In this document: positions 36,060 through 51,890 of the stretch, in pieces
How positions within the stretch are numbered: position 1 is the first letter of the stretch
Layout of the letters: each line of letters starts with the position of its first letter
NCBI GenBank assembly: GCA_030141605.1
Contig: JAQGDQ010000273.1
Coordinates: forward strand, 186,001-250,000
Direction: 5' to 3'
Length of the DNA stretch: 64,000 nt
DNA from: Tubiluchus corallicola
Lineage: Eukaryota; Animalia; Priapulida
Position numbers and translations under genes: made by a program
The notes under the pieces: model-generated
What the model saw: the letters and a program-made list of their open reading frames with translations, nothing else
What the model was told of the DNA's origin: nothing
Databases searched by the model: none

Positions 36060-39000
36060 CGCTAGCTATCAGATAACGTTAAAAGAATTTTTTGCTCAAG
36101 TGCACTCAAACTGGGTGTGATGTGACCCTCTTTTTGACGTTTCATGCGCTCAAATAAATGCTACCAAATTAATTACGCATTTTGTTTCATATTATTTGCA
36201 CAAGAAATCAAATTGTAGAAAAGTACTCTTTGAAAATAGTGTAAGATTGGTTTAGCTTTCTTAGGTTTTTAATTATTATAGACCAAAATATTAGGCGGCT
36301 CCTTACCATGAAATAGTTGGTACCAGGCAGAAAATCCGCCTAGTAACTATTAGTTCTGTAGTAAACAACTCTATCAGCGTTTTCGTTGTGAAGCTGAAGC
36401 AAGAAAATTACAATTGGCGTAGCGAATAGATGTCCACCTTTTTCACGCTTGCTTAGACTTTTGCTCAAGAAACCCATGAAAGAAGTCTCGTGCGCGACAC
36501 TTAGCTTGAAATGAAACACACGGATTTGGCATCAACTACGCGAAGCAGAAATCTGGCAAATATCTATTTCAGACGGCAGTCACTCTACCAAGGTGAATAA
36601 TTACTCAAGTAAAATTATTCCACCCTCTGTGATAAACGTGGAAGGTTTGAGGGCTCAATATCTACACCGGATATTATTTATGAATCATGAAAAATGCAGT
36701 AATTTCATTAAGAAGCATCCTAAATATTAATATTATCGAAAAAAGGCACTAAAATTGCTTTAAATTAAACAAAAATTCGCATCCTAAGTGACTCATAAGT
36801 CCCAGCCTTGGATTATTTTGTTCTCAACGTAAAATAGCCAGATGGATGCCCGACAAGGCTGTGGAATGAATTAGATGACGAATTAAAGATCATTTCATTA
36901 ATATGAAAATTTAAAAACAAATACAAAGCTAACATTTTCAATGAGTATAGCAATTCTCCCTGAAACCATAACTGCTGCTCCATAACCTACTACCACCTTG
37001 ACTACAATCAATAAATAATTTAGGTTAAATTCATTAGTTAAGAATTTATCCCAATATACACCACCCTCCCCTTCTCGCTCCCCTAATTCTTTTCTCAAAC
37101 TTTATTTCTAAATTTGCTTCTTCCCTCCCTTCACATTTTTAAAAGCTTTTCAAGCTCTCAGCTTCGGCTTTCTGCAATACATTAGCTAGTACCTCAACAA
37201 GTAGCGTGTTACTTGAAATCATGTTAATTATATGATTATTCTGTGTTATAAACTTATAATTTTATTTTTCTAATATGTTTTGTACTGTTATGCTGGATGT
37301 GAAATATAAATTACAAATTATTACATCAAAACTACTAAAATACATTACTGAAAAAACAGGATTTTTTTCAACTCTACAGCTTCGCATCTTTGACGATCTA
37401 AAACGATAAAAGTCCGGTTTATCACCTCACCATCTGATTTCGTATAAGCTCAACTGATACAGAATTCAGAAATCCACATAACCGGTTCTGAATAAGCAAA
37501 TTCTGAACAAACCCATAATGGGACTAACAGTGTACTGAAACAACCCTAAAACCCACACACCTTGTCCATTTCAACTGACCATTGTTATGCCGCGTTTAAG
37601 CTGATAATTTACAGCCATTGGTCAAACATATGTTCGCCGGCTATTATTGTATGTACAGAACTCCCAAAACCAAAGAATGCGTCTTTACCAAAGTTCCGGT
37701 TACAGCTGTGCCGTCCCGTCCGGATCCAGCCTTAATTAACATTTAATTTTAACTCTTTAGCCGGCGGCTTGGCCGGCCGAGACAAGCAAGACATTGTCCG
37801 CCACCGGAAGGGCTTACATCGCCTCCTGCCACGGGCAACACCGACTGGAAAAAGAAATCGATTTTCCTCGGGCTAAAAAAACAGACGAATTTTTATCATA
37901 TCGCGTGTAAACCAACATGGTGATATAAAACTCCAGAAACATCGCACGGCAAGGTGTTGTGTTTCAAAACAGAACCCGGCGGACGGTCGGACGGAATAGC
38001 CAGCAAAAGTACGGCCGAAGATTATAGCCTGCCTGAAGACGAAACGATTCTGTCAATGAAAACAGCGTGTTTTACATGTGTGCGTGTAAAAATATTGACA
38101 AAACTGAGGCCTCCTGGCGGCAAAAAATGCGCCTATATGAACTCTCCTGAAGATATCAAAATAAGAAATGCAAGATATTCAAACAATGCGCTGCTTACAA
38201 CGTCATCATGGTGCTTGAACTTTGGTTGTCAAAATGGCCTATATGATGGGAAGTTTATTTGATGATATTAATGTAATAAAAGTGGGTAAAGTTCTGGTTA
38301 AACGTTAAATGTCCCGCCCTGAGCATTACAAAAAAATTGAACTCTGACTAAATCCCGACCTGGTCAGAGAATAAGTCTCATAGTAAACACACAAGTCAGC
38401 CAGTGCCAGAGTCCTTACAACATTACATAAAAGTATAGAATATATATTGAACTCTTTCCAGGCGCTGATGACTAAGCTGTATGATGTAAGCTGTCAGACC
38501 CTCGCGCAGAGTTTAAAAGCCTACCTATAGCCTTGTGCATTCTGCCAAGTGAGCAAAGCTCCAGTACTTAGTGCCTTATGTTATGTGAGGTAGAACGTTA
38601 TCTGAGGTGTTCAAACAGTAAACCACATTAATCATAATTCTTTCCATACATATAATGTATGTATATCTGTATATATGTGTGAAAAAATACTAGAGATTTC
38701 TGACGAGTGACACAACTGGCATTCTCCTTTACTTTTTTCCAAGCTGTCAAACCGAAGAACATTACAAACTACAAGACGTAGCTACAGTACTTTTTGTTTA
38801 TCGTCACTTTCTGTACTGAAATGCGTTCAAATACGCTCTAATATTGACTCAATGGATCTGAGGTCAGAGGGCTATTTTCCGTTAGAGAGGAGAATTGAGA
38901 ACTAATCCATCCTTGAGTAAAGTGAGTTGACACTATAAGCAAGTATGTATATTATAGCACATACCCAGTGTAAGCGATTTTAGTGTTAGTGAAATTAAAA

Positions 39001-42000
39001 ACCGCACAGAGTACTTATTTAATTAATGAAATTGATTGCTCATTAAACATTTGGCATTTAATCACAAAGATTTAAGAGCATTTTATACTGCACTGTAAAA
39101 AATATATATTTGTATCAGAGAAGTTTTACATAATAGCACACTTTCTAACCTGCCTTTGTATCACTAAATGTGGATAAATTCAAATTTTTGCTAAGTAATG
39201 ACAATTATGACGTTGTTAACTGCAAACTATATAACTGCAAGTTTTAGTAAAAGAAACATGCAGAATAGGATAAATACGAGTTTATCTGCAATTGTTTGAT
39301 ATAATATCATCATAATCATCATATCTAGTAATAATATGGGTACAGTCAGTCAATACTTAACTCATACCTGATGTGCTGGTAATTGGTTAATTTCATATAG
39401 TTATTTTATTTATAAATGTATTGTTTAATGCAGGTGTTTTTATATATTTGTTTATGTTAATTTATGTTGTATAAATACGATGATGTTAAATCAGTTATCG
39501 AGGTCTAAGTGTAATGTCATTATGTTGTACTGTACTGTATTGATTAATATGTATGTATTGTATGGTGATGTCAAAATTTTATCATCAGAAAAAACACAAA
39601 CTTTTATCAACGAAAGGGCAGAATGGATGATCAATTGGATGTGTACAAACAAACGAATGGGTAAAAAATAAAGAGTTACCTGTTGTACTGAACTAACATA
39701 TGGCGAAACAGTCAAATATTTTCCTCTGACTTCAATGCAGAGGTACTCACTTAACCCACATTAAAAGTGTTAAGCATTTCTAGTCCACTAATATTCAACA
39801 TACACCCAGTCTGCAGTTCGTTGTTTGGACACATGGGTTAAGTAAACGTGAAAGCTATAAAAAACACAGCGTCCGCAGTTTTCCCGGAAAAACAGTAGAA
39901 GTACTCCCACCGGACGCCATGTTTATAGAACATAAAGATTGTGATCGCTAATAAGTCTATGTCCAGACGTCTTGAGACTTCGATTTGAACACAATGCATA
40001 AAGTTAACCATAGTCGTTCATACACTACTCCCAGTGTGTAAAAAGAAACTGATAACAATGTCAACAGTCAGTCCTGTTTCAGCAGCTGTTTGCCAATTTA
40101 GTCATGAGTTCACCACAAGCATCTAACCACCCTGAACTGCTAGCAGAGATGTTTTGATGAGTATGAGCGTATTTACTACAAGATATTTTCTGTCTGACAA
40201 CTTGTGTGTCTTCTCTAACGAAAACATTGCAGAAATCAGCTCTTGGTTGCTACAATCTGTCAACATGCTTTCAAATGGTACAGTTTGTGTTCAAACTTTC
40301 CGCTATATCCGTGTATATTTGCATTTAAGGATGGGTGACGTGGTCAGTGTTGCATTGCGTAGAAGCAAAACTGATGTTGGATGAAAGGCAGCAAGCCGCG
40401 AAACAAGACAAAGTAAAAAAGAAAGCAGACAAACTGTAACGTTGCGCCTTAATATGGTAACGCTGATTTGTATTTATTTGGGAGCAGCCAAATAGCTTAT
40501 GTATGTTCAGTTACATTAGGTAAGCAACGCCCAGATTGGATTGGTTAGCAAATAGATGATTGACCAGCTAGAACACTGCACCTGCACCTGGCGGTTTCGT
40601 CTGCTACACGGTTTCTCACCATACGCTGCCATCCAGTTATATATATTGTAGAAGGAAGGGATATGGATCTGAACATAGCTTGAACACCTTTATCAATTCA
40701 CGGTCTCGTTGTATCTTTGATAACCAACCAGGCTCCAGTCTCACCACAACCATTCAACTACGCCTTTATTTTACTACAACCATAGCCAGTCCTGTCACTG
40801 ACTGCTGGACTCAGACTTGAAGCGTGCTGAACGGTACAAAAATACAAGAAAACAAGCAGAGAGGGAACGAACAAACTAGAAAAGTGGTATAATAATAAAA
40901 CTAATGCATAAATATTGCAGAATGCGCCACATAATATAATATATGCTGCAATGCAACACATAATACATGCAAATTCCCAATAACTTAACAAAACGTTGAG
41001 ATAAAGTAAAGCAGTGTTGTAGGTTGACTCAGCTTGAATCTCGGGTGCACAATTGCACTGTACTTAGTCTAATAATTTGGTAATAAAGATTTAGCAGGTG
41101 AGAAAGCATTAAAACCCAAAAGAGATTTTGCCCGCATTCGTAAAACATTCACTCAAGCTACCTGGAATAATAGCCCTAAAAATATGATACCCTAACTTCA
41201 TCAACGTATGTTATATGTAAAGATCTCCTAATCAACATGATACAAAGCTTATGATGCTTACATGCACACATGTCACACATGTATCATCGTTTCGCCCACC
41301 ATCACAACGTCCAAACCTCCTGCCGGGAGCGTCTGCTCAGATTTACCTTAAACTGATCCGGCACGAGCCTGGAAAGTCCCTATCACTTTCAACTTCCCGC
41401 ATGACATAGAGCCCGCTTACAAGCCCGCAAGACAGGAACTCGAACTCTGACTAGATTACGGATGTAGGACATAATCATCTGGGTTGTAGTGGCCGCAAGG
41501 CACCATCACAATCCATACAAAAGAGCAGTCAAAATTTTTACGGCATTTGGGTTTTTCTCCGCAAAAGGTATAAAGATTCTATATTTTTAACGAGAAATTT
41601 TATACACGCCGCACTGATAGCCGACGTATAGCCGATGAAAATTTGTTCCACTCATACTACCGCTAGCTTGATAATTTGTCTTCAAATCATCGAAAATTTG
41701 AAGTAAAACTAAGAACAGTATAGCAGGTAACACGAGTAAAAAAACAAGCGCTCAAGAAGTTTCTGGCCAATGCTTGAAAATCGAATCCGAGTTCAAAACA
41801 GATTCATACACAAACTGAAAAAAAACACGAGACCGCACTGCACGAATGCTAAAAAAGAAACGTTAACTGAAGGAATGAGCATGTACAAAGACAAAACTTC
41901 AAAAAGATTTATTAAACATTACAAGCGAGAATAATGTAAAAGTGAAGGGATTATTAATTACAATATTTATTGCAGCAAAACATGTGATACAATATCTGTA

Positions 42001-44124
42001 TACACATTTAATCAGCTTGATCCAATAATGAGGAGCTTAAGACTGACAACATTATGTCAGAAATATGTTCATCTTGAGAACATGTGTTGCAAACACGAAA
42101 TTCCTTAAGAAAGTGTTATTTAGTTTTAAAGCGTAGCGGCTGCAACCCATGCATGTATTACATTAGATAAGTTGGGCATACAAACATCTCAAAAACAAAG
42201 ATATGATTAAGAAAAACAACAGTCATAAATATCATTATTATCATGGCTAACGTTTTAGTTTTAGTGAGGTAAAATCGTGCAACGTAGCCGCGATGTATGT
42301 TACGAATGCTGCGGGAATTACAACAGATCACTCATTACGTTAAATATTATACTGAAACGTGCAAATTCTGAAACATGTATGTATTGTATAGGTATGTATA
42401 GATAATAAGAGTTGGTATAAAACGTGGTTCGCTGACTCGTATATTAACGTTTAATCATTTGCGCAATAATTTGATCGTGGTCGTAATATATATGCACATC
42501 GTAATATATAAATAGATTTGATCTATTAGAATCTCAGAAAATTTTTAGGAGACTATTATATAACGTATAACTTGATCATGCAACAGGAAGAAGCTGGAAA
42601 TGGAAGCCATTCATACGAAATGATACGATAATGGCTACTATTACATCAGATTCTCACTTGCTTAAAAATGACGCGCATTACAGCTATAAAAGAGCAGTCA
42701 ATTTGTCCATCATGAAGAAATTTTGCATTTCTGAATTTGCTTGCCACTACACGATCGTGGAAATGCGGAGTGATTTGAAAGCCATAAATGTTCCATAGAT
42801 GCAAATCACTCGATTTATTTAGAAAATCGATACAAGCAACGATACGAGATACAATCGGATAAAGCAACAACACTATTAATGACGATTCACACATTCAAAG
42901 CGAAACAAACAAAATTCCACAAAATAAAAAGCTGTTTGAAGTATCAAAGCGATCGATTTTTTTAAATTTGGATACAGCAATTTTGAATTTTAAAACCTGA
43001 AAAAGAAGCAAGAGGCGAATTACTATACTGGCTCATCTTACTTGTACAACTTAGATGAACTGCACGCCAAAATAAACTGGACCACCCCCTCCGAATTCTA
43101 GTTTAACCCACTGCTAATAGTGCACGTTTACTGCTCTTGCTCTTCTGGGTGGTCTGCGCAACAATTTCATAATTTCCCCTAATTTGAGGGCGATTTATAA
43201 CTTTAGCAGTGTAGAAGCTTTACTTTCGAAATGGAATTTCAAAATATATGAACCAATCTTCACCACACTCGATTCCCTAGCGCGAGCATCTCCAGGACAC
43301 ACGCGTGCTAGCAAACTTAAACGATAGTGAACTGTAAACGACTCATCATTCAACTACAAGCAAACAGACAGAAATTGCCTGCTCCGAACATTAATGGCAC
43401 GATTCATTGGTCATTTACCTATTTACTGCCCAAGCAATACGATCCTAAACTACATGGTCTTGTTTGTATGGATAGCTTCCCAGTACATACAAAAGTATAC
43501 TGCCCCATCTCTAGATCGCCTAATCCATCTAAACAAGTTCTAAACCCTGATGGTGGTCAGTGGACGCAGTACAGCGTGGACAGCGGCCAGTGTGCAAATT
43601 CGAGCAGCTAGTTTTCACACAGCTGACTTTAATTACGCGTTTATGTATGCTCAGCTAATCAACACAACCAAAATAAACTCCACTGACTTACCCACGTTCA
43701 AGATGGAGCAGCAGGGAATGAGAATGCTACAATTTGAGAAATCTGGGGTTCCGTTCAATGTCCCGGAAAATATCCTGTTTCTCCCATGTTCTTTCATAGG
43801 TTTACTCGTTAGAAGACAGCCTAGAGTCGGAATGGTCGGAGCTACTTTCAAAAATTAAACAGCGTTTAATCTGATGAGCTCTTAACTGGATTTAGGCCAT
43901 TTAAATTAAAGGCTGATCAATCTTAGATTCGAATAAGATCCTGGCAAATCTTCCCAGGCTTAAGAAAAACCGTGACCAATGGAAACAGCATTCAGTGTCA
44001 TCAACTCTCTAGAAACCACACACCTGAGCAACAGACTGAGACATTCTTAGTGCTAGTCAGTGTCACAAGGCCAGTGCTTTTCTGCAAATTCGAAAGGTAT
44101 GGACAGCGATAAAATGTCGGATGA

Positions 44125-44273
44125 TTGCAATTTAATCCAATCTGACTGGATTCCATGGCAATCCGATGTGACGTGACATGATGTAATCTCACCCAATCTT
44201 ATTTAATCCAGTGCAGTCTGACCTGACCTGATCTGACCTAAAAATCTACACCAATCCAATCTAATCTAATCAA
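44125..44273. repeat. Degenerate pentanucleotide satellite (ATCTR/ACCTG-like)
   Basis: 5-nt periodicity: atcca atctg actgg attcc ... acctg acctg atctg accta ... ccaat ctaat ctaat. Confidence 0.75.
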
Positions 44274-45121
44274 GCATGATATAATTCAAATGATTTTGTT
44301 GATTTGCATTGATTACAGAATGACAGAAGCTTAATGTATGGTATTTTGTTAGAACAAATACGACAAATGCGAGTTGCAAAGGGGCAGCCAAGTTGTACTT
44401 TACAAATGTCATAACAAGATACAACGGCTGTGGCTGGCTTAAAGGTAACAAAATTGAAATTTATACAGTTCTCGTGCACAGACACATGTTTGTATGCAGA
44501 TATACTAGGGACGAGGGGATAGCTGAGTGACCATCATGACCACTCTAGCTTGATGACCCGAGTGAAAACTTTAAACCTGGTTAGCAAACAGATGGGTCAC
44601 AGCTTTGCTAGGAAAACTGCAACTTAATCTACCATACTGTTTCGGGCTATTTCACTCACTGATTGATCGTGTATATGCATCCAAACTTGACTAAGATAGT
44701 TGAGTCAGTGGCCCAGTCCGTATCTTATCATGAAAGATTATCTTAGATAATTAGTACATTCCCGTCACTTTGTATGTCATACTGTATTAAAATGTACCAA
44801 ATGCGCTTATAGATTTCGTACAATAAGCAAAATGGACAGTTTTATATAACAAGCTACTTGCTAGTTGTGTTGGCTAGTTGTTTTACAGGGCAACAATAAC
44901 GTATAAATTGTATACCACATTGAAGATCAGTGATTACCGACCAATAAAAATAAGACTAAATCACGAATTTATTATTATTGTTCTGAAACGGCGTTTCGCA
45001 CTGATATATAATTATGGCCATTATCATTAAAATGACCACATTTTGTGCTGAGAAAGCTTGTTTTGTATTATACAAAACATGTGCTTATTTGATTTATACA
45101 GCATTCTTATTCATGACTGTG

Positions 45122-45142
45122 TATATATATATATATATATAT
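45122..45142. repeat. (TA)n microsatellite
   Basis: about 10 TA units. Confidence 0.95.
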
Positions 45143-48100
45143 ACATATTGCATGTGGGTATGCTGAAGCCAGTCAATGTTTGTTTGTCTCACTCTTAAAA
45201 GGATTGCCCGAGCATTACTAAAGTTGATCTAGACAAGGCAGTTTTTGAGCCAGAGCTTTCAGTAGTCAGGGTGTAGTCCTGTGTCTAGACTTTAGACGCA
45301 GCGACAGCGCAGATGCAACGTAACTATGCAGGAAACAAAGCCGTTACCTTATAGAATTAACATTCTCTTGAAAAATACATACACAAAGTAACTTCCATTT
45401 CTCCAAGGGCAAATAACACTGTAACACTTCACCTTGAACAAATGAAGTACGCATTTCGTTCTTTGTCGTAATTCTCTACAGATGCATTCCAGTCTTAATT
45501 AGGAGTTAATGAAACCATGACGTTTCCATAAGGTACCATTATAAATGTCGATCTCGTGATATTGGTGTTCTTATTGTCAGCAGTGATAGCATTGTAGTTG
45601 TTGAAGGGATGTTGTAGCAGTAAATGGCGTTGTTGCTGTTGCTGCTTTTAATTGTGTATCATCAGCAGTGTCAATTCAATATAAAATGTGGAATGGTTAG
45701 AGAAACTGACAGGAAAATTTCTGAACGCAAATTTCAACCTGTTAATTAAACCTAGGTCAATTTTGAGATTTTTGCGGTTTTACTGAGACAACTTTTTCCC
45801 GTTTAATACTGTTACCTATGAAGGTTAGGTACTATTTTTGTCAGCTGTGTACAATGCCACAATTCTCGTTTGTTCTATTTTGTAGTAATGAAGTGTGAAG
45901 CAAAACTAGAACGTTGATGTGCTGCTCGGATCACAATCAAATGGGTGAAGCCAAAACTGGCTTTGGTTTCACGTTAAAACCACAGCTGGTGGCAGACAAC
46001 TTTACACGCGCTACACGGCTCAAAAGAAGCCATCATCGCTAAGTAATTCCAATAGCCCTTTTTTCCAAGTTTACTCCGTCCCGGCGTTCAGTCTGGATTC
46101 CATTTCTTTTAGTGTGTTTTCTTTCACACTCATCCAATTATCTAACAGCCACTTTGCTCGGTGGCAACAACACATCATTGCGGAAGCTGAGGAGTTTACT
46201 GCGTCGAGCTGAGTGCAGTTCTTCAGTGACAACGACCGCCTGGTATAAGATGAGTGACAACAACGTGGGAGAAAGCCAAGTATAAAAAGTAGAAACTTTT
46301 AAATATACTCCTAGTGATGTTTAAAATCTGCTTTAAATTCATATCTATTTATTTTTCGTTACGATGTTCATTTGTTTGTTTGTTTACTTGTACAGTCTGC
46401 ATTTGTTCATCCGTTCATTCACTATATGGATTGCTATTGAATGCTGAGATAGATCAAGTTACAATAAGTAACTTATCGTGTGTCCATTATCAGACTATTA
46501 TAAAATAGTTCAATAATTATTCGGTATTCTATTTACGATCATGCTTGCAAACCTTTATTAATTGTGTAATAGACCTGAACATGGATTACCAGGGTTGATC
46601 GTATTCATTTTATATAAACTTTAATCGGAAACTGTTTCTAACAAAATGATACATAATCAACCACCAAATAATATCACGTACTAGCAAGCACTACACGTTC
46701 GTAAATTACTTATTTTGTAAACTGTATTTACGAGTTTTTTGCAAGTCTCACACAGGCCCAAAGTCACTTCATTTTAAGCGTCAACACGTTAAAGCGTTCT
46801 GTGTGTTTAGTTTACTGAACGACCATAGCTGAACCTCCATCTGTTCCACGTTAACCGCCTGCTATGGACGGGGTACGACCTGATCTTATTGGGAGCTAAA
46901 TTTGCTCTTATAGATCAGCAAGTCTATACAGCTTCGGTTTATTATACCCTGTAAGACTGTATGATCAGCAACTCTGTAAACTTAGTAATGCACCAGAATT
47001 TCTCATCATAATTTCTTATGGCGTCGCGAAATAGTTTTCTTGGGCGTCTAAAATGGAAGAGAACTCATGCAGAGAGACGCAGAGAACGCGTACCTACGAA
47101 TTCGTATATTTGGCTAGGGTAGTTGCTAAGGAAAAGACCTCAAAGAATTTTTGTATTTGTAGATACAAAGGTGTGTTTTACCTACTAAATGAACGCATAA
47201 TGAAAGTCCACTCTTTTAATTTCTATATTTTTCTGTGGGCTTGGGCAGTCTGAAGTACGTAAGCATGCTTGCTGGCACCATTAGCTCCGGTTGTGCTACT
47301 CTACAATTGTAACGACTAAAATCGTACGTGAATCAAAACTATGTAAATTGCAAACTAATCACAGTTGCGGCTGAAGAACTTTCAAGATTTTTTTGCAAAG
47401 CTACTGGGCATGCAAAATAGACGTCAGTTGCGTTGTCTATGCCTCTAATGAGTCCTAGAAATTCACAATTTAGTCAGTAAGTGAAAATATGAGATAACCT
47501 GAGAAGGAAGCGTGTCAGTACCTTAAAACACCTGTAATGTAGTTATTGTACAAGTACACATACCCCTGAAAACGTTTTTATAGATGTACAGATGTTGTCG
47601 TTTAAGTATTAGACAAAACAGGAACGTCCACTGTTCCGCCAGGCCCTAGTCAGACTACACAGAGAAGTGACATAATATTCTGTGATTAAAAAGAGAACAA
47701 CTATGCCAGCAATTTATAAAGCGTTTCTGACACTCCAGCCAAAAAGTTTTACTAATTTCCTTTAACGGCTTCACTCTCTCTGGTCCTTTGGCTTTTCGAA
47801 CCAAAAAGTTTCGGGGAATCCAAAAGTTCAGCAAGAAGTTCAAAAACATCATTACCACGCACGATAGACGTACTGACACGTAAAAAAATCAATTTGAGAT
47901 TGGAATATTTTAAACAGATGGTGTTTAATACGTTTCCCAGGCTCCGTGCCCTGTTATTTCTGGTTGTGCCAGACATATACAGCGTTTATGAGTAATATTC
48001 CGCCGTGGAACGCGTCCAACAAACATACAAATTTTGTTTTCTTCGCCTATTTTTGTTCTCCAGCCCACATTTTTCGAAGAGTGACGCATGCACTGCAATG

Positions 48101-49285
48101 ACTATTATGGAACCAACTACACCACCTCTAAAGAATCTAGACGCGAATTTATGCAGAAACAATGCGCTAGACTTGTGGTATATATCGTCTGCCTCGCCTC
48201 AATGAATACATTATTCCATTTCAACCAAGCTCTCCTTCCAATATACAAATAATGATATGTATGTTAACTGTCTAAGTGACAAATAAAACTATTTCATGCT
48301 ACGTAATATTCAAGCCTTTGAAGAAGGTCATAGATGCAGTCCCTTGGACATATAACTTTTCGCAATAATGCACGTCCACACCCAACTAAATGATCCGTCC
48401 TCTGAGCTTGAGTGAAAATATTTCTACACAAATTTATAGAACAATGTTCAATATTTTTTCCTGCCTATGATATTTACAAGTAGGCCAATAAGTAACGAGT
48501 AATATTTGGGTAAATAAACCTTTCCCGTACGATGTAAGATGAGTTACGCCGACTTGTAGCATAGACAACTTATCAACAAAAACTAACTTAGGCAACGAGT
48601 ACCTCGTTAACACTCCTATGTCACTTTTTTATTGTGCCCTCAATACCAGTTGCGAAGGCGCTACATATTTGTGCCTCACATAGTCAAGGAAATCGATATT
48701 GAAATAGCTACAGAAGAAAGTAAGTTTCAGTGCCCGGTAACTCTCAAGGAGCCATGCCCAATGTACATTAAATTTTCAGGTTTAATTTCCTAAGTAAACA
48801 TCGAGAAAAATTTACAGCAGCAATGAAGCCATAAATCGGCAGCACCCATATAATATGTGTTCTACAAACCATGTCTAATGAGGGAATCCATAAAAGGTGT
48901 TCAAAGATAGCAGCGTAGCAGCTTGGTAGTAACGCATGCAGATATAAAACTCATCTGGAGAAGTTCACCAACTTTCTCGCTGGTACATACCAAGCAACTT
49001 TCCAATTATTCCAAATTACATAAAAAACAGACAACCGCTGCGAGATATAACCAAAATAACTTGTTAATTATTAAGTGCAGGCGATTTTTTTCGGTGTTAT
49101 AAACTATATTCCATACTAAAGGTTAAACCAAAAGAATTAATCACTTATACATCTACACATCAAAATTACCAAATGCACAAAAACAGTACAAAATTAACAT
49201 AACCAGAAATGAGTTACTTATTAATTCTTTTCGTTTAATTTTTAGCATTGAAAATGATATATAATACGATCGACTTGGCTCAATA

Positions 49286-49825
49286 AACTAGACAGCCCAA
49301 TTAGAGGGCCATAGCTGCCCCAAAGAGAGTGAAATCAACGTACTTGGAGATTTCCGCAAAAATGTGTTTTCTCCATGAATTCATTGACACTCACTGTAAT
49401 TTTCATTTAAAATTATACTAAATTGCTATGAAAACACGCACCATTATAATGAATCCAAATACATAACCAGCTATCGTCATAACAACAGCGGGTTTAAAAA
49501 GAGTTACTAATTGTTGTTATGTGATACCATTGCTAACGAGTCATTTATTTGGCTGTCGCTGGTGTTTGTCGACGCGTTTACACATACTACCTCAGCGGTC
49601 ACATCAGAACAGCTTATAATTATTATACATGAATCTTTAAAAAATTTAAAGAAAAATTAAATCTGCACTGATTGGTTCAAAATAAATAGTCTCAGTGCTA
49701 GAACCATGCCCTATCATTGTGCACAGTATCAACTTTCTTGGTTACTCCAGACCCGAGAAAAAGTGGCGAGAGACAGACAGAACGGATAATTCTGTAATAG
49801 CGCCCTTCGTTGGGGCAACTATTAT
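49286..49825 (-). mobile_element. Helentron-associated non-autonomous element (HINE / DINE-1-like)
   Basis: Subterminal inverted repeats atagctgccccaa (49311-49323) / ttggggcaactat (49810-49822), 12 of 13 match. Partial inverted repeat and GACA/CGGA microsatellite at one end; GCCC-aattaga-GGGC hairpin and terminal CTAG at the other. Confidence 0.7.
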
Positions 49826-51834
49826 AACTTATTGATTCCTAAAAACTGGCTCTTTCAGGAACTTGTTAAAGTGTTCGATCCCGCACGCGGGATGAACAGC
49901 ATGAAAAACATTTTACTGACAAAAACTTACATATTCATTAATCTGTCTTCTTAATCATAAAATAAGATGCCTAGCAAGCTCAGTGATACTATGTGAGGCT
50001 TCACCATTACGTACTAGGTCTCTCCAAACTTGCACCGTAAGCTGATAAACAAACTAGTACAAGCTCAAAGTTGTACATCATATGGTCTGCATCTTGTTGC
50101 ACAGGCGAGGCTTTTATAACTTAGATATGACACAAATTTTCAAAAAAAGTTTAAGCTGAAGCTTTGAAATGCTATTAATTACGAGGATAATACATTTCCT
50201 GCAATTGGTAAAATCAACACGCGATTGCGATACGATTTACAGGATAATAAGATCAATGGCTGCATCAATTCGCTACGGTGGGCAATACCTATACAAAAGG
50301 AAAAACTATAGCTATACCAACTAATGTATTCCTGATTACCCTTACAATATTAATGCTCGCGTTTTGTCAATCAGCTTTCGAAGACGCCGCGCGCAGTATA
50401 ACGGCCATATGTCCGAAGACGACGACCATGCTCAGACAACATCCGGGCAATTAAATACGACTAATTGTTGTGAACAGTTACATATTACCACAAACTAAAA
50501 GTCATAATTAGTCATTACTCAGTCATCGCTGCAGTTGAAGTTGTCCTCTGTGCGACAACTGGTCACAATAATAGTGCACTTCTTTCATTGGGAGGGACTC
50601 TCGCCAATACAATAGCGAACATGCAACGGCTGCAGCATATATTTATCATAGTCAACTTGAAACGAAAGTCTTTTGAACACGAATAAGCGTTAAAGCACTA
50701 CAGCCTAGGGTACTTCGTCTTTTCTTGTAAGAAATTGTTTGTAATTTAGCGAACATTAACTAACTTCTAGTTGGGCGGGGTGCACCGCTCAAAGTAACAC
50801 ACTGTAACTTTAATTATCCCTGTACGTTTCTTGCAACAAAGAAGGCTACAATGTAACGTTGTTTTTTACTAAAGTATTAATTTCTGTACATACCTGGATG
50901 CTTAGTTATAGTTTAAGTTTATAGTTAAATATTATTTAGTTAGCAGTTTTTGAAACGTATTAATGTGCTGTAATTTTAATGTATATAGGCATAGGTTATA
51001 AAATAAGTATCTGACAGCAATGCCACGGCAGAATTCATGCAGCCCCTTTAGCCCGTTTCACATTTTTCGTAGCTTGGAGTTCACGGATGTGTCCATCTAT
51101 ATTATGCGGATTCATTAGGGCGTTTACACTAGTTATGTTTACCATAACTGCGCTGTGATAAATGCTCCGTCATGTCACTGGTCTCCAATGATAGGTATGC
51201 CAGGTGCTACTCCACGGAGCCGCCCAAATATACTCTTGTCTTGCATTATGTTCCAGATTTTGGTATTACTGCATCTTTTGCGATCGTCTACCCGGGCTTT
51301 GCTCGCTGTGAGATCGTTTATTTACTAGATTGACATTCAAAAATGCCACATGTCCCTGGATTTTCTGCCCGGTATAAATGGATTTTATGCAATTTTTGTG
51401 GCTCTCGTCCCGTTTGCCTAGTGATACCACCTGTTACTTCTGCCGATTCAGAGTTTCATCTTAGAGGATTGTCCTCGACAATTAGCTACGTGCCGATCTC
51501 GTCACAATCACATACATTAAATTGGCTCTGCCACTGAGTACTGAACTGTACAATAATATTGCACTTGCTATTGCCGTCGTTTTAATTACATGAATTGTTT
51601 CAAATAGATCACTGAGAAAATATGCGTGTAAGAAACGTGTATAAAACAAAATCTTGGTACTAATTATGATGTGATTCTCATAACGAGAAACAACATGAAG
51701 TAACGCCAAGCATAAATCTCAGATGGCACATAAAAGTATCAGTTGCGCGGATTTACAACATTATCAGGCAAAAAAGCAACAGATGTTCTTCCAAGAGCAG
51801 GAGATAAGAGGGTAAAAAACAGAAAGAGAGCAGA

Positions 51835-51890
51835 AAAAACATCCTCGCCTGGATTTGAACTCCGTTCACTAGCAATTAAATTAGTGATTT
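51835..51890 (-). mobile_element. Decayed tRNA-SINE head fragment
   Basis: Minus-strand B box GAGTTCAAATCC followed by aggcgaggatg and a T-rich stretch; A box not clear. Confidence 0.3.

Noticed and set aside
40758-40991. Hydrophobic minus-strand ORF
   Set aside because: Non-ATG start, AT-rich compositional bias, no splice or homology support
48030-48180. Strong plus-strand acceptor followed by a short open frame
   Set aside because: Weak donor, no partner exons or protein similarity found
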